Below, in pieces: positions 43,681-48,093 of a stretch of DNA of 48,093 bases. Every line of letters begins with the position of its first letter. Position 1 is the first letter of the stretch. The position numbers and the translations under genes are program-made. The notes beneath the pieces are model-generated. The model made no database searches. It saw only the letters and a list, made by a program, of their open reading frames with translations, and was not told the DNA's origin. Source of the stretch: Candidatus Methylomirabilota bacterium (GTDB taxonomy: Bacteria > Methylomirabilota > Methylomirabilia > Rokubacteriales > CSP1-6); the NCBI GenBank assembly GCA_046728035.1, contig JBKPDT010000160.1, positions 1 to 48,093 of the forward strand, read 5' to 3'.

Positions 43681-44208
43681 CTATCCCTCGAGCACGTGGA
43701 TGTCGGGGAGACCCCGGTAGGCGCCGTCCACGTCGAAGCCGTAGCCCACCACGAAGTGGTCCGGAATGACGAATCCCACATAGTCCACGGACACGTCCAC
43801 GACGCGGCGCTCGACCTTGTCCAGCAGGGCGCAGACCCCCACGCTCCGCGGGCGGCGGGTGGCGAAGTTCCGCCGGAGGTAGTCGAGGGTGCGCCCGGAG
43901 TCCACCACGTCCTCCACGATCAGCACGTCGCGCCCCTCGATGGAGAGGGACAGGTCCGAGGTGAGGCGGACGATGCCCGAGGATTTCACCTGGCCGCCAT
44001 AGGAGCCCACCCCCATGAAGTCGATGGCGATGGGCACCGGGATGGCGCGGACGAGGTCGGCCAGGAAGATCGCCGCCCCCTTGAGCACGCCCACCAGCAG
44101 CGGGGTACGCCCCGCGTACTCACGCCCGATGGCGCGCCCCAGCTCTCCCACGCGCGCGGCGATGTCCTCGCGGGAGATCAGGACCCGACCGGGATGGCTC
44201 TCCGCCAT
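43681..44208 (-). CDS. hpt: Hypoxanthine(-guanine) phosphoribosyltransferase
   Basis: Has 'PLLVGVLKGAAIFLADL' and the PRPP loop 'DVLIVEDVVDSGRTL', plus 'FVVGYGFD'. Confidence 0.9.
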   Translation of the reverse strand: MAESHPGRVLISREDIAARVGELGRAIGREYAGRTPLLVGVLKGAAIFLADLVRAIPVPIAIDFMGVGSYGGQVKSSGIVRLTSDLSLSIEGRDVLIVEDVVDSGRTLDYLRRNFATRRPRSVGVCALLDKVERRVVDVSVDYVGFVIPDHFVVGYGFDVDGAYRGLPDIHVLEG

Positions 44209-44222
44209 GGCGCCCCGGACGA

Positions 44223-44891
44223 TCAGTTGGCGGTGACGAGGGTCGCCACGGGGAGGCGCGCGCGGACCTGCTGTGCCAGCTGCTCGGCCTCTCCGCGCGA
44301 GCGCGCCCCGCCCACGCGCACGCGATACCGCGACTGGCCGTCGTCGAGCGCGATGGTCGAGAGGACGGCGGGAAAGCCGGCCTCGGCGAGCCGCTTCTGC
44401 ACGTCATCGGCTTGCTGCCGGCTGCGGAACGCCCCCACCTGGACGCTCCAACCGGGCGCGGCCCCGAGGCTCGCGGCGCTCGCCCCGGTGGACGGTGGCA
44501 TCCCTGCCGCGGGGGTGACCGGCGCGAGGGGAGCGGTCGGCGCCGGCCCTGCGACGGGGCTCCCGGTCGAAGCCGGCTGGGGCCGGGACTTGTCCTCCGC
44601 GCGCCCGCGGCCGGACTGACCCGTCGGCGCCAGCGGCGCGGTCAGCGTCTGATAGAAGGTCAGCTTTTCCTGGATCTCGCGGGGCCGCTCCGCATTGCTC
44701 TCGCCGAGCCCGCGGCGGCTGAGCGCCGCCGGCTTCTTCGCCGCCTCCGCCGCCACCCCCGGGGGCTGGCGCGTGCCCCATTGCCGGCCCACGAGCACGC
44801 CCAGGGTGAAGGTCAGGGTCAGGATCACCAGGGCGGCCAGGACCAGGCCGAGCCGCTGAAAGAGCCCACCACCGCTTCGTTCGCGTTTCAT
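44223..44891 (-). CDS. SPOR-domain (septal peptidoglycan-binding) membrane protein
   Basis: The ATG overlaps the argS stop (ATGA). Has the anchor 'LGLVLAALVILTLTFTLGVLVG', a Pro/Ala-rich linker, and the C-terminal SPOR 'WSVQVGAFRSRQQADDVQKRLAEAGFPAVL...YRVRVGGARSRGEAEQLAQQV'. Confidence 0.7.
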   Translation of the reverse strand: MKRERSGGGLFQRLGLVLAALVILTLTFTLGVLVGRQWGTRQPPGVAAEAAKKPAALSRRGLGESNAERPREIQEKLTFYQTLTAPLAPTGQSGRGRAEDKSRPQPASTGSPVAGPAPTAPLAPVTPAAGMPPSTGASAASLGAAPGWSVQVGAFRSRQQADDVQKRLAEAGFPAVLSTIALDDGQSRYRVRVGGARSRGEAEQLAQQVRARLPVATLVTAN

Positions 44892-46624
44892 GCTTGTCTC
44901 TCCATGCTGTCGGGAGCGGACACGCCGAGGAGCCCCAGGCCGTTCCGGATCACCTGCCCCACCGCCGCGGCGAGCCCCAGCCGGGCCAGGGTCCCCGGCT
45001 GGTCGTCGGTGATGATCCGGTGCGCCTTGTAGTACGGGTGGAACTCTCCCGCGAGCTCGGTGAGGTAGTAGGCGAGGCGATGCGGCTCTCGCGCGCGCGC
45101 GGCCGCCGTGACCACCTCGCTGAACTGGATCACGCGCTTGATGAGCGTCTGCTCTTCCGGCCGATCGAGGGATGAGAAGTCCACCGTCCCCCAGTCCGGC
45201 ACCTCGATCCCCTGCTGCGCCGCCGTCCGGAATAGGCTCATCACGCGGGCGTGGGCGTACTGCACGTAAAAGACCGGGTTGTCGGCGCTCTGGCGGGTCG
45301 CCATCGCGAGGTCGAACTCCAGCGGGCTGTCGTGCCGCCGGGTGAGGAAGGTGAAGCGGGCGGCGTCGCGTCCCACCTCCTCGAGCAGCTCCTCCATGAG
45401 GACGAACTCGCCCCGCCGCTTGGACATCCGCACCGGCTGGCCGTCGCGCAGGAGGGTCACGAGCTGGACGATGAGGATGTCGAGGGCCTCATCGGGGTGC
45501 CCCAGCGCCCGCGTGGCGGCGCGGAGGCGCCCGATATAGCCGTGGTGGTCGGGCCCGAAGAAGTCGATCACGTGATCGACATCGGCGAACTTGGTGAAGT
45601 GGTGGAAGCCGATGTCCACCGCGAAGTAGGTGAGCTCGCCGTCCGATTTCCGCAGCACGCGGTCCTTGTCGTCGCCGAGCGCGGTCGAGCGGAGCCAGAG
45701 CGCGCCGTCCTGCTCGTAGGTGTGTCCCCCCGCGGTCAGCAGCGCGATGGCCCGCTCGGGCAGGCCCGCCGCGCGCACGTCGCGCCCCTCGTGCACCCAG
45801 CGATCCACCTGGGTGCCGTACTCCTCCAGCACGGCGCGGTGGCCCGCCACCATGGCCGCGACCGCCTCGCGGCCGAGCAGATCGCGGCGCTCGGCCTCGG
45901 GCCGCGCGAGGATGGCGCGAACACCCGCCGGATCGCGCGCGAGCCAGGCGTCCGCCAGCTCCACGAGGTACTCGCCGGGATAGCCGCCGTCCGGCAGCTC
46001 GGCGGCCTCGCCGAGGGCCTGCCGAAGGCGCGCCTCCACCGACGCGGCGAGGGCCTGGAACTGATTGCCCGCGTCGTTGACGTAGTACTCGGACTCGACG
46101 GTCGCGCCCTGGTATCGGAGGATCCGCGCGAGGGCGTCGCCCACCGCGGCCGCGCGCGCGCTGACGATCACGAGCGGGCCCGTCGGGTTGGCGGAGACGA
46201 ACTCGAGCCGGTAGCGACGGCCCGCCGCCGCCTGGCTTGCCCCGTATCGCGCGCCCGCGGCGAGCACGCCGCGGAGCTGCGCGGAGACGGAGTCGCGCGC
46301 GAGGACCACGTTGATGAACCCCGGCCCGGCCGCTTCCGCGGTCGCCACTTCGGGCAGCGACTCCATCTCGGCGGCAATGAGGGCCGCCACGCTCTGGACG
46401 TCGAGGCCGTGCTCCTTGGCATAGCCCATGGCCGAGGGCGTCGCGTAGCTGTACGTCGCCTGTCCCGCGCCGCGTGGCACCTGCCAGACGATGGACTTGG
46501 GCTCCGGCATGTCCTTGCGGGCGAGCGCCCGGCGAAACGCGTCCGTGAGCACATCCGTGATCTTCAGCGTGGGATCTCCCGTGGCCCGGACGAACGCCTC
46601 GCCCAGACGAGAAACGCCGCGCAT
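44888..46624 (-). CDS. argS: Arginine--tRNA ligase (full length, but with a non-canonical HIGH region)
   Basis: ATG 46624 ('MRGVSRLGEAF'). Has 'GPGFINVVL', 'EFVSANPTGPL-VIVS-ARAAAVGD', 'DHHGYIGRL', 'RMSKRRG', the DALR domain 'NPVFYVQYAHARV' and 'EPHRLAYYLTELAGEFHPYY', and the C-terminus 'LGVSAPDSM'. Confidence 0.85.
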   Translation of the reverse strand: MRGVSRLGEAFVRATGDPTLKITDVLTDAFRRALARKDMPEPKSIVWQVPRGAGQATYSYATPSAMGYAKEHGLDVQSVAALIAAEMESLPEVATAEAAGPGFINVVLARDSVSAQLRGVLAAGARYGASQAAAGRRYRLEFVSANPTGPLVIVSARAAAVGDALARILRYQGATVESEYYVNDAGNQFQALAASVEARLRQALGEAAELPDGGYPGEYLVELADAWLARDPAGVRAILARPEAERRDLLGREAVAAMVAGHRAVLEEYGTQVDRWVHEGRDVRAAGLPERAIALLTAGGHTYEQDGALWLRSTALGDDKDRVLRKSDGELTYFAVDIGFHHFTKFADVDHVIDFFGPDHHGYIGRLRAATRALGHPDEALDILIVQLVTLLRDGQPVRMSKRRGEFVLMEELLEEVGRDAARFTFLTRRHDSPLEFDLAMATRQSADNPVFYVQYAHARVMSLFRTAAQQGIEVPDWGTVDFSSLDRPEEQTLIKRVIQFSEVVTAAARAREPHRLAYYLTELAGEFHPYYKAHRIITDDQPGTLARLGLAAAVGQVIRNGLGLLGVSAPDSMERQA

Positions 46625-46683
46625 GGCGGCGATGGAAAATGATACCTCCCCGCGCAAATCTGCACGAAGGTATTTCGGTTGAA

Positions 46684-48093
46684 TCAGCGTCTGAGGAGCC
46701 GGCGGAAGACCTTCGATCCGACGGCTTCTTCGAGCGCATCGGCGACCCGGTCGTAGGCCGCCTCGCGGAGCGCCCGGTGGTCCGCCGCGCCGCTCGCGGC
46801 CGGGGAGGCGCCCGCCCAGGTCAGCACGTGGCGTCGCGAGGCGCCCGACTCGAAGAGGCCGTGGACGTACAGTCCCCAGACGCGCCCGCCCGGCACCGCC
46901 GACCCTACCGTGCGCCCCTCGGCCTGCACGAGGCCACGGGCGGGCATTGCGACATCGGTCCGGCCCGCGTGGAGCTCGTAGCCGTCGAATTCGGGCCCGT
47001 CGGGCAGCCATCGCGCGCGCACGCGTCGGGTGATCTTGGGTGCGCAAAGGCGTGTGCGCACTGGGAGGAGCCCGAGCCCCGGCGATGCGCCGCCGCTTTC
47101 GAGGTGTTCGGGGTCCTCGATGCGCTCGCCCAGCATCTGATAGCCCCCGCAGATGCCCAGCACGGCGCCGCCGCGCGCGGCGTGGGCGAGGATCGCGGAG
47201 GCGAATCCCGCGGCGACGAGGTGGCGCAGATCCGCCAGGCTGTCCTTGGATCCGGGCAGGACGACGAGATCGGCACCGGCCAACGCCGCGGGGGTATCCG
47301 CGTAGCGCACTGCCACGCCGGGCTCCGACTCGAGGGGCGCCAGATCCGTGAAGTTGGCGATGCACGGGAGCCGGACGACCGAGACTCTCAGGGACGCCGG
47401 GCGTGGCGGCCCGACGCGCGGGCCCTCGAGCGCGACGGTGTCTTCCTCCGGCAAGTCGAGGCCCGGGAGGAGAGGCACGACGCCCAGCACCGCCCGCCGC
47501 GTGCGGCGGCGAAGGTCGGCACACGCTGAACCCAGCAATGAGGGATCACCGCGGAACTTGTTGAGAATGAAGCCTGAAACGAGACGGCGATCATGCGGAG
47601 GCAAGAGCGCCACGGTCCCCACGAGGCTCGCGAACACCCCGCCACGATCGATGTCGCCGACGATGAGGACGCGCGCCTGGGCGAGCCGCGCCACGCGCAT
47701 GTTGGCCAGGTCCCATCGCCTGAGATTGGGCTCGGCGGGATTCCCCGCCCCCTCGATCACCATGACGTCGGCCTCGCGCGCGAGCCGGGCATAACTGGCC
47801 GCAATGGAGGGCCAGAGGGCGGGCCCGAGCCGATGGTAGGCCCGCGCGTCCACGGTGGCGACGGTTCGGCCGAGCCGGATCACCTGGCTCCGGTTGCCGG
47901 ACTCCGGCTTGAGGAGCACCGGATTCATCTCGATTCGCGGCGCGACGCGCGCCGCCTCCGCCTGCATGACCTGCGCCCAGCCCATCTCCCCGCCGTCCGC
48001 CGTCACATGGGCGTTGTTCGACATGTTTTGCGACTTGAACGGCCGCACGCGCAGGCCCGCCCGGGCGAGGAGCCGGCACAGACCGGCGGCGAG
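46684..48093 (-). CDS. cobQ: Cobyric acid synthase, N-terminus beyond the window edge
   Basis: The frame is open to base 48093 ('LAAGLCRLLARAGLRVRPFKSQNMSNNA...'). Has 'NPVLLKP', 'IEGAGNPAE', 'VGDIDRGGVFA', the GATase Cys 'ICGGYQMLG' and His 'YVHGLF'. Confidence 0.85.
   Translation of the reverse strand, partial: LAAGLCRLLARAGLRVRPFKSQNMSNNAHVTADGGEMGWAQVMQAEAARVAPRIEMNPVLLKPESGNRSQVIRLGRTVATVDARAYHRLGPALWPSIAASYARLAREADVMVIEGAGNPAEPNLRRWDLANMRVARLAQARVLIVGDIDRGGVFASLVGTVALLPPHDRRLVSGFILNKFRGDPSLLGSACADLRRRTRRAVLGVVPLLPGLDLPEEDTVALEGPRVGPPRPASLRVSVVRLPCIANFTDLAPLESEPGVAVRYADTPAALAGADLVVLPGSKDSLADLRHLVAAGFASAILAHAARGGAVLGICGGYQMLGERIEDPEHLESGGASPGLGLLPVRTRLCAPKITRRVRARWLPDGPEFDGYELHAGRTDVAMPARGLVQAEGRTVGSAVPGGRVWGLYVHGLFESGASRRHVLTWAGASPAASGAADHRALREAAYDRVADALEEAVGSKVFRRLLRR

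Noticed and set aside
1-48093. CRISPR arrays, IS elements, integrases, toxin-antitoxin pairs or known defence systems
   Set aside because: I found no repeat-spacer periodicity, no terminal inverted repeats with a transposase, and no recombinase or nuclease/ATPase defence-type ORFs on either strand.

Overview
High-GC (about 70% by eye), very gene-dense bacterial chromosome segment. TGA is the main stop codon and 4-nt ATGA/GTGA start/stop overlaps are pervasive. All family calls come from motifs I recognise in the ORF translations; no HMM or BLAST search was possible. The window falls into three blocks. (A) 1-30490 is a PEP-CTERM/exosortase locus. It starts with a 15-gene plus-strand array: three AsnB-family proteins, a SAM methyltransferase, two GT4 glycosyltransferases, a QW-repeat barrel, a CapK/PaaK-like adenylating enzyme, an ATP-grasp ligase, a PHP phosphoesterase, a FemAB-like transferase, PrsK, exosortase, EpsI and PrsR. 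A convergent minus-strand trio follows: a heme-oxygenase-like di-iron protein, a Mur-ligase::peptidyl-tRNA-hydrolase fusion, and a secreted beta-helix protein. Then come one PEP-CTERM-tagged GDSL esterase and a minus-strand operon of PrsT TPR lipoprotein, MacB-type ABC exporter, HlyD adaptor and a FeeM/LuxI-like N-acyl amino acid synthase. (B) 30491-33401 is a lower-GC patch with gene remnants, tRNA-Val(CAC) with a strong terminator hairpin, a pyrD-like gene, tandem DnaA boxes and a small ORF behind a near-consensus promoter. (C) 33387-48093 is a minus-strand housekeeping array: VOC, radC, vanZ-like, tsaE, nnr, acpS, glmM, short cdaR-like, cdaA, folP, ftsH, hpt, SPOR, argS, cobQ. The best candidate for an undescribed system is the unusual concentration of amide-bond-forming and aminoacyl-handling enzymes around the exosortase. 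These include two tandem AsnB paralogs lacking the Cys nucleophile, CapK-like, ATP-grasp and FemAB-like enzymes, and especially the Mur-ligase::Pth fusion next to a di-iron oxidase. Together they suggest a peptide- or aminoacyl-decorated glycan pathway that uses both ATP-dependent and tRNA-dependent chemistry. Other oddities are an argS whose class-I HIGH motif is replaced by VIVS, a DUF1801 gene broken by one in-frame TGA, and abutting perfect DnaA boxes far from any dnaA gene. Many long ORFs in the track are antisense or alternate-frame artefacts of high GC and were rejected.
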